Positions 31,124 to 39,673 of a stretch of DNA of 64,000 bases are shown one piece after another (the stretch's first letter is position 1; each line of letters opens with the position of its first letter). The notes beneath the pieces were generated by a model that did no database searches, was not told the origin of the DNA, and saw only the letters and a list, made by a program, of their open reading frames with translations. The stretch covers positions 256,001-320,000 of the forward strand of contig OZ219856.1 of NCBI GenBank assembly GCA_964291395.2. The letters are read 5' to 3'. The DNA comes from Alphaproteobacteria bacterium. GTDB taxonomy: Bacteria > Pseudomonadota > Alphaproteobacteria > UBA2966. The position numbers and the translations under genes were made by a program.

Positions 31124-33274
31124 TTGTCGAGCGTAGCGGAAACTCTCACCGAGGCTGCCCGTCAGTATCAGGCGGGAAATCATGAAGCCGCAAAGAACCT
31201 CTGCGAAAAGCTCGTCGCGGCGGAACCCGACAACGCCGATGCCCTGAACTTCCTGGGCCTGATCGATCATCGGGCGGGTGCTCACGCGGCGGCAGCGAAC
31301 TGGATCGCGCGTGCTCTGGAGGTCGAGCCGGAGAACGCGGCATTCCATTACAATCTCGGCGAGACCCTGCGCGCACGGGAAAGGGTCGACGAGGCGATCG
31401 CCGCCTACTACCGGGCGCTCAACTTCGATCCCGCCTTCGCCAACGCTTACACCAGCATTGGAATTCTCTGCCTGACCCGGAACCGCCTTCCGGAAGCAGC
31501 GGACGTCCTGCGGCGCGCCACCGCCTACAGGCCCACGGACGGCGCCGCGTACGCGCGCCTGGGTGCCGCCCAGGCCGAGCGTGGCGAACTCGACGAGGCG
31601 CTCACGACCTTCGCCCGGGCCATCCGCTTCGAGCCCGGCAACACCGCTTACTTTCAGCACTTCGTGCAGGCGCTCAACGCCTACCCCTTCCCGTCCATGC
31701 CCTCCGGGCTCATCATGGAGCTTCGGACCTGTTTCGATCTCGACAATATCGCGCATCAAGCGCTGGTTCCGGTAGCGACCGCCGTTCTCAAGAGAGACGA
31801 GCGGTTCGCGGGGCTTCTGGCGATGACCGATAGCGAGGACATCGTCGCGATCATGGCCGCTGCCGCGGGTGGCGTGTTCGACGACCTCCTCTCTGAACCC
31901 CTGCTGTTGGGACTGCTCGTCAACACCGTCATCACGGACGATGAAGTGGTCAGGGTTCTGTCGGCGGTCCGCCGGTCCATTATCCTGCAGGGGCACCAGG
32001 GGACGAATCCCGAGGATCTTCTCGTGGGCAGGCGCCGGCAGTTCGTCGTGGCGCTCGCGCTGCAATGCTTCGTGACCGGCTATGCCTGGCACGAGACGCA
32101 AAGAGAGGCCCTGGCGGCCGGATATCTGATCGCCGAAGTCCGTCGCGGTCTCGATGCCATCGTCGATGCATCCGACGCGAGTGCATGGGACCTCGAGATG
32201 TGGAATCGCTTGGCCGTGGTCGCAACCTACCGCCCCATCCACAGAATCGAGGGGATCGAAAAGCTGTTGGGGTTGGGATTGCCTGTGGAATCTCCTTATC
32301 GTCGCATGTTGATCCAACAGCAGTTGGTGGAGCCCTCGCGGGAACGCGAGCTTGCGACGACGATAACGCACGTCGCTGGAACAGCGCCGGAACCCGACGC
32401 GGATGAGGTTGATGCCTCACCCTATCCGCGTTGGCATCGCCTGCCGAAGGTCGAGCCGAAAAACTACGCTGACCGCTTGCAAGAGCTGATGCCGGGCTTC
32501 GTGGTACCGGAGTACGCGCGGAGGCCCCTGCGCATTCTTGTCGCCGGCTGCTCCACCGGGAAACGGGCGCTCGGGCTGGCGGCCGCACACGACAACGTGG
32601 AAGTCCTGGCGACGGATCCGAGCCTGGAAAACCTCGCCTACGCGGCCCGCATGGCCGAGGCGATGGGCGTCGGCAACATCGAGTTTCGCCGCGCCTCACG
32701 CGAGGAACTCGGCCGAATCGATGGGCAATTTCATGTGATCTATACGGGCAACACGATGCTCCGGACAGAGGATGCCATGGGTCCCTGGCGTTCCCTCGCG
32801 GATCATCTGCTCCCCGAAGGCCTGATGCATGTTCAGGCGCGCGTAGGAGAATACCCGGAGGCCCTGACTGCGGCCCGGCACCTCGTCCGCGAGAGATCCC
32901 TGCCCGGGGATGCCGAGGGGGTTCGCGAAGCCCGCAAACTCCTGCTCGATCGGCCCGAAGGAGACCCCGCTCGCCGGATCGTCGCGGCGGACGGCTTCTA
33001 CAACCTTTATCAATGTCGCGACCTGTTGTTCCCTGACCACGAGGAAGTCCGGTTCACCGTCGCGGATCTGGGGGACGCCTTGCCGGACCTCGAGCTGCGG
33101 TTTCTGGCCTACGAAGTTCAGATGCAGGTTACCATGGAAGGATTCCTGGAGCAGTTCGGTGACTCGGCGAATCCCCGGGATCTCGATCAATGGGCGGAGT
33201 TGGAAAAACAGCGGCCCAACTCCCTGAGCGGCACGCACCGGGTCTGGTGCCAGAAGACGTTTCCGAGCCCTTAG
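31124..33274 (+). CDS. TPR-repeat protein with C-terminal class I SAM-methyltransferase-like domain
   Basis: About 5 TPRs in first 185 aa; PYPRW, ILVAGCSTG, CRDLLF. Confidence 0.82.
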   Translation: MSSVAETLTEAARQYQAGNHEAAKNLCEKLVAAEPDNADALNFLGLIDHRAGAHAAAANWIARALEVEPENAAFHYNLGETLRARERVDEAIAAYYRALNFDPAFANAYTSIGILCLTRNRLPEAADVLRRATAYRPTDGAAYARLGAAQAERGELDEALTTFARAIRFEPGNTAYFQHFVQALNAYPFPSMPSGLIMELRTCFDLDNIAHQALVPVATAVLKRDERFAGLLAMTDSEDIVAIMAAAAGGVFDDLLSEPLLLGLLVNTVITDDEVVRVLSAVRRSIILQGHQGTNPEDLLVGRRRQFVVALALQCFVTGYAWHETQREALAAGYLIAEVRRGLDAIVDASDASAWDLEMWNRLAVVATYRPIHRIEGIEKLLGLGLPVESPYRRMLIQQQLVEPSRERELATTITHVAGTAPEPDADEVDASPYPRWHRLPKVEPKNYADRLQELMPGFVVPEYARRPLRILVAGCSTGKRALGLAAAHDNVEVLATDPSLENLAYAARMAEAMGVGNIEFRRASREELGRIDGQFHVIYTGNTMLRTEDAMGPWRSLADHLLPEGLMHVQARVGEYPEALTAARHLVRERSLPGDAEGVREARKLLLDRPEGDPARRIVAADGFYNLYQCRDLLFPDHEEVRFTVADLGDALPDLELRFLAYEVQMQVTMEGFLEQFGDSANPRDLDQWAELEKQRPNSLSGTHRVWCQKTFPSP

Positions 33275-34449
33275 CGACTTAGCTCGCGCATTCCCCGGTC
33301 TAGGCCGTCGACGGTCAGCGGGAACATCCGCCCGCCCATGAGTTGGTGCGTCATCTGAAGAGATTGGGTGTAGGTCCAGTGCCGCTCCGTCACCGGGTTG
33401 AGCCAGATCGCGCTCGGATAGGTGGTCAGCAGGCGATCCAGCCAAATCTGGCCGGATTCTTCGTTCCAGTGCTCGACGCTACCCCCGGGATAGGCGATCT
33501 CGTAGGGACTCATGGTCGCGTCCCCGACGATGATCAGTTTGTAGTCGGAGGCGTAGGTGTGCATGACGTCCCAGGTCGGTATGCGTTCCTGGTGGCGGCG
33601 CCGGTTGTCGCGCCATACGTATTCGTAGATGAAGTTGTGGAAATAGAAGTACTCGAGGTGCTTGAACTCGCTGCCGGCCGCCGAGAACAGCTCCTCGCAC
33701 GTGCGCGTATGATCGTCCATCGATCCACCGATGTCGAGAAACAGCAGGACCTTGACGGTATTGTGCCGTTCCGGAACGAGCTTCAGATCGAGATAGCCGC
33801 CGTTGTTCGCGGTGGATCGGACGGTATCGGGAAGGTCGAGTTCCAGCGCGGCGCCCTCCCGGGCGAATCGGCGCAGTCGCCGCAGCGCGATCTTGATGTT
33901 ACGGGTTCCGAGTTCCACGGTATCGTCGAGATTCTTGTATTCGCGCCGGTCCCAGACCTTGACGGCGCGCCGGTGTCGGGAACCTTCCTGACCGATGCGG
34001 ACCCCCTCGGGATTGTAGCCATAGGCACCGAAAGGTGAGCGGCCCGCGGTACCGATCCACTTGTTGCCGCCCTGGTGGCGCTTCTGTTGCTCCTCCAGAC
34101 GCTTCTTCAGCTCCTCCATGAGCTTCTCGAACCCACCCATCGCCTCGACTTCGGCCATCTCTTCTTCGGTCAGGGTGAGTTCGGCGAGTTTGCGCAGCCA
34201 TTCCTCTGGAATTTCGGCCGTCCGATCCTGATCGAGGGACTCGAGACCCTTGAAAACGTGTCCGAACACGACGTCGAACTTGTCGAAGTTTCGCTCGTCC
34301 TTCACGAGCGTCGCACGGGAAAGGTAGTAAAACTCCTCAATGCTCATGTTCGCGACGCGCGCGTCCATCGCTTCCATCAGGGCGAGGTATTCCTTGAGGC
34401 TGGCGGAGACCTTGGCCTTACGGAGTTCGTAAAAGAGTTCGGTGAACAT
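33271..34449 (-). CDS. VWA domain protein (CoxE-like)
   Basis: HQGGNKWIGT, LFLDIGGSM, IIVGDATMSPYE. Confidence 0.9.
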   Translation of the reverse strand: MFTELFYELRKAKVSASLKEYLALMEAMDARVANMSIEEFYYLSRATLVKDERNFDKFDVVFGHVFKGLESLDQDRTAEIPEEWLRKLAELTLTEEEMAEVEAMGGFEKLMEELKKRLEEQQKRHQGGNKWIGTAGRSPFGAYGYNPEGVRIGQEGSRHRRAVKVWDRREYKNLDDTVELGTRNIKIALRRLRRFAREGAALELDLPDTVRSTANNGGYLDLKLVPERHNTVKVLLFLDIGGSMDDHTRTCEELFSAAGSEFKHLEYFYFHNFIYEYVWRDNRRRHQERIPTWDVMHTYASDYKLIIVGDATMSPYEIAYPGGSVEHWNEESGQIWLDRLLTTYPSAIWLNPVTERHWTYTQSLQMTHQLMGGRMFPLTVDGLDRGMRELSR

Positions 34450-34488
34450 GGGCGGTGGTCAGGGGAGCGCCGGCCTCCGGGCCGCGTG

Positions 34489-35337
34489 TCAGGTCCCACT
34501 TTCCCGCCGGGCCATGAATGCCAGGCGCTCGAACATGTGGACGTCTTGTTCGTTCTTGAGCAGGGCTCCGTGAAGCGGCGGGATCAGTGTCTTCATATCC
34601 CTGCTGCGGAGCACTTCCGGCGATATGTCGTCTGCCACCAGAAGTTTGATCCAATCGAGGAGTTCTGAGGTCGATGGCTTTTTCTTGAGGCCGGGCACTT
34701 CTCGAATTTCGAAGAAGATGTTCAGAGCCTCGGACAACAGGTTTCGCTTCAGGCCCGGGTAATGCACGTCGACGATCTGCTCCATGGTCTCGCGGTCGGG
34801 GAAGCGGATGTAGTGGAAGAAACACCGCCTCAGAAAGGCGTCGGGCAGTTCTTTCTCGTTGTTCGACGTAATGAACACGATCGGACGGTGAACCGATTGG
34901 ATGGTCCGTTTGGTCTCGTAGACGAAAAACTCCATGCGATCGAGTTCGAGCAACAGGTCATTGGGGAATTCGATGTCTGCCTTGTCGATTTCGTCGATCA
35001 GCAATACGGGCCGTTCCTTGGATTCAAAGGCCTCCCACAGCTTGCCGCGGATGATGTAATTCGCGATGTCGTGAACCCGCTCGTCACCGAGCTGGGAATC
35101 TCGGAGGCGCGAGACGGCGTCGTATTCGTAGAGGCCGTGCTGTGCCTTGGTCGTCGACTTTATATGCCATTCGATGAGGGGAGCCGCGATCGCGTTCGCG
35201 ACCTCTATCGCGAGCATGGTCTTGCCGGTTCCGGGCTCGCCCTTCACCAGTAGGGGACGCTGCAACGTGATCGCGGCATTGACCGCGACCATCAGGTCTT
35301 CCGTGGCGACGTAACTGTCGGTTCCTGTGAATTTCAT
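34489..35337 (-). CDS. MoxR family ATPase (CoxD-like) partnered with the VWA protein
   Basis: GEPGTGKT, LLIDEIDKAD, ELPDAFLRRC. Confidence 0.93.
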   Translation of the reverse strand: MKFTGTDSYVATEDLMVAVNAAITLQRPLLVKGEPGTGKTMLAIEVANAIAAPLIEWHIKSTTKAQHGLYEYDAVSRLRDSQLGDERVHDIANYIIRGKLWEAFESKERPVLLIDEIDKADIEFPNDLLLELDRMEFFVYETKRTIQSVHRPIVFITSNNEKELPDAFLRRCFFHYIRFPDRETMEQIVDVHYPGLKRNLLSEALNIFFEIREVPGLKKKPSTSELLDWIKLLVADDISPEVLRSRDMKTLIPPLHGALLKNEQDVHMFERLAFMARRESGT

Positions 35338-35440
35338 GGGTCTCGCCCTCTACCGCCCGCGACGGGACGGCCGGCCGCGTCCAGGGTGCGCCGAACGTAG
35401 GCGCTCCGTCGGCTGCGATCAAGCTCCGGGGTCGGACCGG

Positions 35441-35744
35441 TGTCGCTAGCACATGATCTGTCCGGTTAGGTGTCTCCGTGAGGAGGAGGCTGGATGAACC
35501 GGACGATGTGGCTACGGGAGCGCAGGATGGAGAAGTTTGCGATGTGCCGGGACGCTTCGAGGCGAACCGTTCGAGACCCCGGCCCGGAAGGCCGCGTGAT
35601 CCGCTTCGGCGCGACCTACCGCAGCCCTGTGGACAAGTGGACAGCCGCTCCGCGCCTGACCACTTCCCCACGGGGCCCGCAACCTCAACAGAAGCGGCCA
35701 ATCGATGTGCTACGAAAACCGGACAAATCTACTTGCTAGCGACA
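35441..35744 (+). mobile_element. internally deleted ISNCY/IS1202-like element (MITE-like, 304 bp)
   Basis: IRL tgtcgctagcacatgatctgtccggtt vs reverse complement of IRR tgtcgctagcaagtagatttgtccggtt; RBS plus MNRTMWLRERRMEKF transposase-like start, then RKAA-stop; family from recollection. Confidence 0.75.
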
Positions 35745-36517
35745 ACAGGGTGGCCCGTTCTGTGTCCCAAATCGTCGAACAGGTGGTACATCCGGTCGCG
35801 CCAGGTGTAGATGGGATCCGAGGGCTCCAATAGCGCGAAAGAGCTGACGCTCTTCCCCCAGATGAACGGACCCAGCACGCTGTAGTCGGCGTAGGCCGGT
35901 GCGTCCCCTGACAGGAATGGTTGAACCGCGAGCACCGCGCGGACGGGTTCCAGCAAATCACGTGCGGTGAGTATGCGTGTGTCGCGGTCGGCCTGCATTT
36001 CTTCCAGCGTACCGCCGTATCCACCGCCGTAGCCGCCGACGGGCGGCGCGACGTCGAACTCGGCAGTGTCGACGTCAGGCTGAAGTCTTTTCTGCTCTTC
36101 GCTGAACCGCGCCTCCCGTGTGGCGCGGTAATGCTCCTGCTCCTCCGGTTTCACGATGTTGTAAGCGTCGAGGATGAACAGGCGCCGGAAGGCAAAGATC
36201 TGCGCGGTATTGGTCCAATCGTTGATGAACTTTGTCTCGCCCTTGCCGATCTCGCCACCAAACAATGACGGCCGCTCCGGATAGGCCTCCTCCAGGTACT
36301 CGGCGATCGCCCACGAGTCCGACACAACGGTATCGCCGTCCTGAAGGACAGGCACGAGATCCTGGCCGGAGAAGGCGACGCGGCCCTTCTCGAAGAAACC
36401 TATGCCGATCCGCTCGAACTCGAGCCCTTTGTGAAAAACGGCGTACACCGATTTCCAGCAGTGGGGGCTGATCTTCGCGTCTCCTTGGCCGGCGAGCTCA
36501 TAGAGCTTGATGGTCAT
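35729..36517 (-). CDS. glutathione S-transferase, LigE/beta-etherase-like
   Basis: LYELAG..ISPHCWK, VPVLQDG, DSWAIAEYLE, PAYADY; stop lies inside IS end. Confidence 0.85.
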   Translation of the reverse strand: MTIKLYELAGQGDAKISPHCWKSVYAVFHKGLEFERIGIGFFEKGRVAFSGQDLVPVLQDGDTVVSDSWAIAEYLEEAYPERPSLFGGEIGKGETKFINDWTNTAQIFAFRRLFILDAYNIVKPEEQEHYRATREARFSEEQKRLQPDVDTAEFDVAPPVGGYGGGYGGTLEEMQADRDTRILTARDLLEPVRAVLAVQPFLSGDAPAYADYSVLGPFIWGKSVSSFALLEPSDPIYTWRDRMYHLFDDLGHRTGHPVVASK

Positions 36518-36542
36518 GGTAGTCAACCCTGCCAGCCGGCAT

Positions 36543-37235
36543 CTAATCCGCCTCGTGTGGAGCGCTGCGGGCGAACCCGTCGTACAGATCGAGCATGCGC
36601 TCGCGCCAGGCGTATATGGGATCTTCCGGCTCCAGCAATTGGATCTTGCTGAGACAACGGGCCCACTGAAAGTCTCCGAACACGATATAGTCAGCGTAGG
36701 CGGGATTCTGCCCGCTCACAAACGGCTGCCCCGAAAGCGTCACTCGCAGCGGCTCAAGCCTCTTGCGCCATTCGAGCACTCTCTCCTCGCGGCCCTCCCG
36801 ATAGTCCTCGAGACGGCCATAGCGCTTCTCACGATCCTTCCGCCAGATGTCTCGGTCTTCTGGGTTCAGGTGATTGAAGGAGTCCCACAGCAAGATCTCG
36901 GTTAACCCCGGTTTCTGCAACTGCCGCACCCAGGCACTGACGAACGATGCCTGGGCCCGGCCCATATCGCTGCCAAACAACGACGACCGGTCGCTATAGG
37001 CATCTTCGAGATAATCGGAGATCTCCCAAGAATCATTGATCCAACGCTCACCATCCACGAGGACCGGCGTGAGACCTTGATTGGTGAATGCGATCGGAGA
37101 TTTGTCCAGATAGCCGACAGGGATGCGCTCGAAGTTGTCGATTCCCTTGTGCCTCATGGCCATGAGGGTGCGCCAGCAGAACGGGCAGTAACGGAAGCCA
37201 TCGCGTCCACCGAGTTCGTAGACCGTGATCGTCAT
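36543..37235 (-). CDS. glutathione S-transferase, LigE/beta-etherase-like (CPFC variant)
   Basis: YELGG..YCPFCWR, DSWEISDYLE, PAYADYIVFG. Confidence 0.87.
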   Translation of the reverse strand: MTITVYELGGRDGFRYCPFCWRTLMAMRHKGIDNFERIPVGYLDKSPIAFTNQGLTPVLVDGERWINDSWEISDYLEDAYSDRSSLFGSDMGRAQASFVSAWVRQLQKPGLTEILLWDSFNHLNPEDRDIWRKDREKRYGRLEDYREGREERVLEWRKRLEPLRVTLSGQPFVSGQNPAYADYIVFGDFQWARCLSKIQLLEPEDPIYAWRERMLDLYDGFARSAPHEAD

Positions 37236-37271
37236 CGGTTAAGCCAATCCATCCTTCCGCGTGAATCTGCT

Positions 37272-37967
37272 CTAGGCGGCGTTTTGGTGGCAGGTCTCGA
37301 AGTAGTCGATCAGTTCCGAGACGGCCGCGACATCGACGTAGCGTGACGCCAGGTCGGTCAGGTGGATCCAGTGCACCGCCGGGATGAGGTCGCCCACGGC
37401 GTCGGCGCCGATCACCGTCTTGAAGCCGCGCTGCATCGAATCGATCGCGGTTGCCCGCACGCAGGCGCTGGACGTACAGCCGGCGAGAACTACCGTGTCA
37501 ACGCCCTCTTTTTTGAGGCGCTCCTCAAGGTCGGTTTCGAAGAACGCCGAGGGGTACTTCTTGTTGATGACGGTCTCGCCCGGCTCCGGTGCCAGGCGGT
37601 CGTCAATCTGGGAGGCAACGCTGCCGCACTGCAGTGCCGAGATCCATGGCACCTTGGCGGCCCAGTAACCAGCATCCTGCATGTGGGGCTCGTAGGCCAG
37701 CGTCGTGAAGTGGACCGGCACGCGCGTTCGCCGCGCCGCCGCCAGAAGCTCGATCGTCTTGGCCACGGCGGGCTCGTAGCCGTTACTGGGAAAGTCGGGC
37801 ATGCCGCGGGTGAAAGGCACGGTGAAGTCGACAATGACGAGGGCCGGCTTGTGTCCCCGTCCGACCTCATGGCCATAACGGTTCTCGAAGAACGATAAAA
37901 TCTCACCGAGGGTCGTCGCGCGCAGCTCCTCGGGAACCGGGAAGGGAAGTAGCGGTTTTTTCGCCAC
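37272..37967 (-). CDS. isochorismatase family cysteine hydrolase (NicF / N-carbamoylsarcosine amidase-like)
   Basis: ALVIVDF, KKYPSAFF, GCTSSACVRATAID (Asp-Lys-Cys triad). Confidence 0.88.
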   Translation of the reverse strand: MAKKPLLPFPVPEELRATTLGEILSFFENRYGHEVGRGHKPALVIVDFTVPFTRGMPDFPSNGYEPAVAKTIELLAAARRTRVPVHFTTLAYEPHMQDAGYWAAKVPWISALQCGSVASQIDDRLAPEPGETVINKKYPSAFFETDLEERLKKEGVDTVVLAGCTSSACVRATAIDSMQRGFKTVIGADAVGDLIPAVHWIHLTDLASRYVDVAAVSELIDYFETCHQNAA

Positions 37968-38031
37968 GTTCAAGCTACTCTCGAATCGCGTGCCGCCGTG
38001 CACGACGGCATTTTAGCATCCGGGAAGGCAT

Positions 38032-38054
38032 GGGGCCCGGCAACGCCGGGCCCC
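38032..38054. terminator. perfect GC hairpin downstream of the SBP gene
   Basis: ggggcccggc-aac-gccgggcccc; no clear U-tract. Confidence 0.45.
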
Positions 38055-38112
38055 GCAGCTCCTTCAAACGGTGTTGCCTGTAGGCAACCCGTACAGGAAA
38101 GACGTGCGTCCA

Positions 38113-39629
38113 CTAGCACGTGCTGCTCGCGTCCTTGAACTGCAGACGCTCGTCCGGACGCGGGGTCCAGGTCACGCAGTCGCGCACGCCGTAGGCGTGG
38201 ATCTCGTTGTAGAGCGGGTTGAACACTGCATTTTCCCGGTCAATCCGCCAGATCTTGGCGAGGATTTCCTTGCGCTTGTTCGGGTCGGCGGAAGCACGCT
38301 GCTCCTTGGCCAGCCGGTCGACCTCGTCGGTATGCCAGTAGGCATGCGATGTGGCGCTTTCGTATTCGAGATTGAGCAACAGGTCGGCATCGAGAATCGA
38401 GATGCCCATCGAGAACAGGTACATGCCCTGAATCTTGTCGCCGACCCACAGCGGGAACAGCGCCGCCATCTCCATCGACTGCAGTTCCGTCTTGATGCCG
38501 ACGTCGTTGAGGTAGCCGACGAGCGCCTGGGCGGTCTGGTCAGCGAAGGCCCACCGGTTGTTGGGATACTGAAACAGAATCGGCGACCCGTCGTACCCCG
38601 ATTCCTTTACCAGGCGGCGCGCCATCTCGGGGTCGAATTTCGGCACGCCAAGTGACGGGTCGTGGCCGAACGTCACCGGCGGAGCGAGCTGGCCGATGGG
38701 AATGCCGAGACCGCGCAGCAGTTTCTCGGTGATCGTCTTACGGTCGACGGCATGTAGCATCGCCTTGCGCAACTTGACACTGTCCATCGGCTTGTTGTTC
38801 TGGTTGTAGGCCAGGAAAATGACGCGATTGCTTGCCACTTTCTGGACATTGATACCCGGCTGTTTGGACAGGCTATCGACCAGAGGCGGCGGCAGTACGG
38901 GAACGACGTCTATCTCGCCCGACGCCAATGCCGCGGCGCGCGAGGCTTCGGATGGCATTGGCCGGAAGATCAGGGTCTTCAGTTTCGGCGCCCCTTCCCA
39001 GTAGTCATCGAACGCCTCGAGTTCGAGGTAGCCGTCCTTCACCCACTTCTTGACCTTGAAGGGACCGGAGCCGACTGGCTGGAGCGCGAACTTCTCGGCA
39101 CCCATCCCGGTGTAAGCCTTCTTCGACACGATCGAGACCAGACTGACTTGCCGGTCGAATGTGGCGAACGGCGTGCTGATGGTAAAACGTACCGAATCGT
39201 CACCCACCAGCTCGACAGAGGCGACGGCCTTGAAGTAGCGCTTCACCGGCGACTTGGCGCTGTCGAAGATATGCTGAAAGGTCCACCGCACGTCTTCAGC
39301 AGTTACTGGATCCCCGTTGTGAAATTTCATCCCGGTTCGAATTTTGAACGTCCACACGGTGGCGTCTTTTTCTATCGTCCAAGACTCGGCAATGTTCGGC
39401 GACACAGAGCCGTCCGCATTGATGAGGGATTAAGATGACCGAAGATGTTCTGATAAGCGTTGATCGAGAACGCGGCCGTGTTCTGCGTCGGGTCGAGCGT
39501 CAGGACATCGACGCTTTGGGCAACGCTGATCTTGCCCGTCTGCGCAACGGCCGGCGAGCCAGCCATCAGCAGGCCGAGAGCAAGTCCGGCGGCGGCGATC
39601 GCGCTGTATATCGGTGATCTTGTTGTCAT
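38113..39629 (-). pseudogene. ABC transporter substrate-binding protein (family 5, Dpp/Opp), frameshifted near 39429
   Basis: Signal peptide plus LTLDP..NIFGHL in one frame; LINADGSVSPNIAESW...KFHNGDP, PVGSGPF in another. Confidence 0.8.
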
Positions 39630-39673
39630 CGCATGAGTCCTTCTCTGTGATGGCATATGGGCCAGGGGCCCAA

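Noticed and set aside
35400-35440. dif/xrs target site next to the IS1202-like end
   Set aside because: No XerC/XerD-like arms visible on either flank
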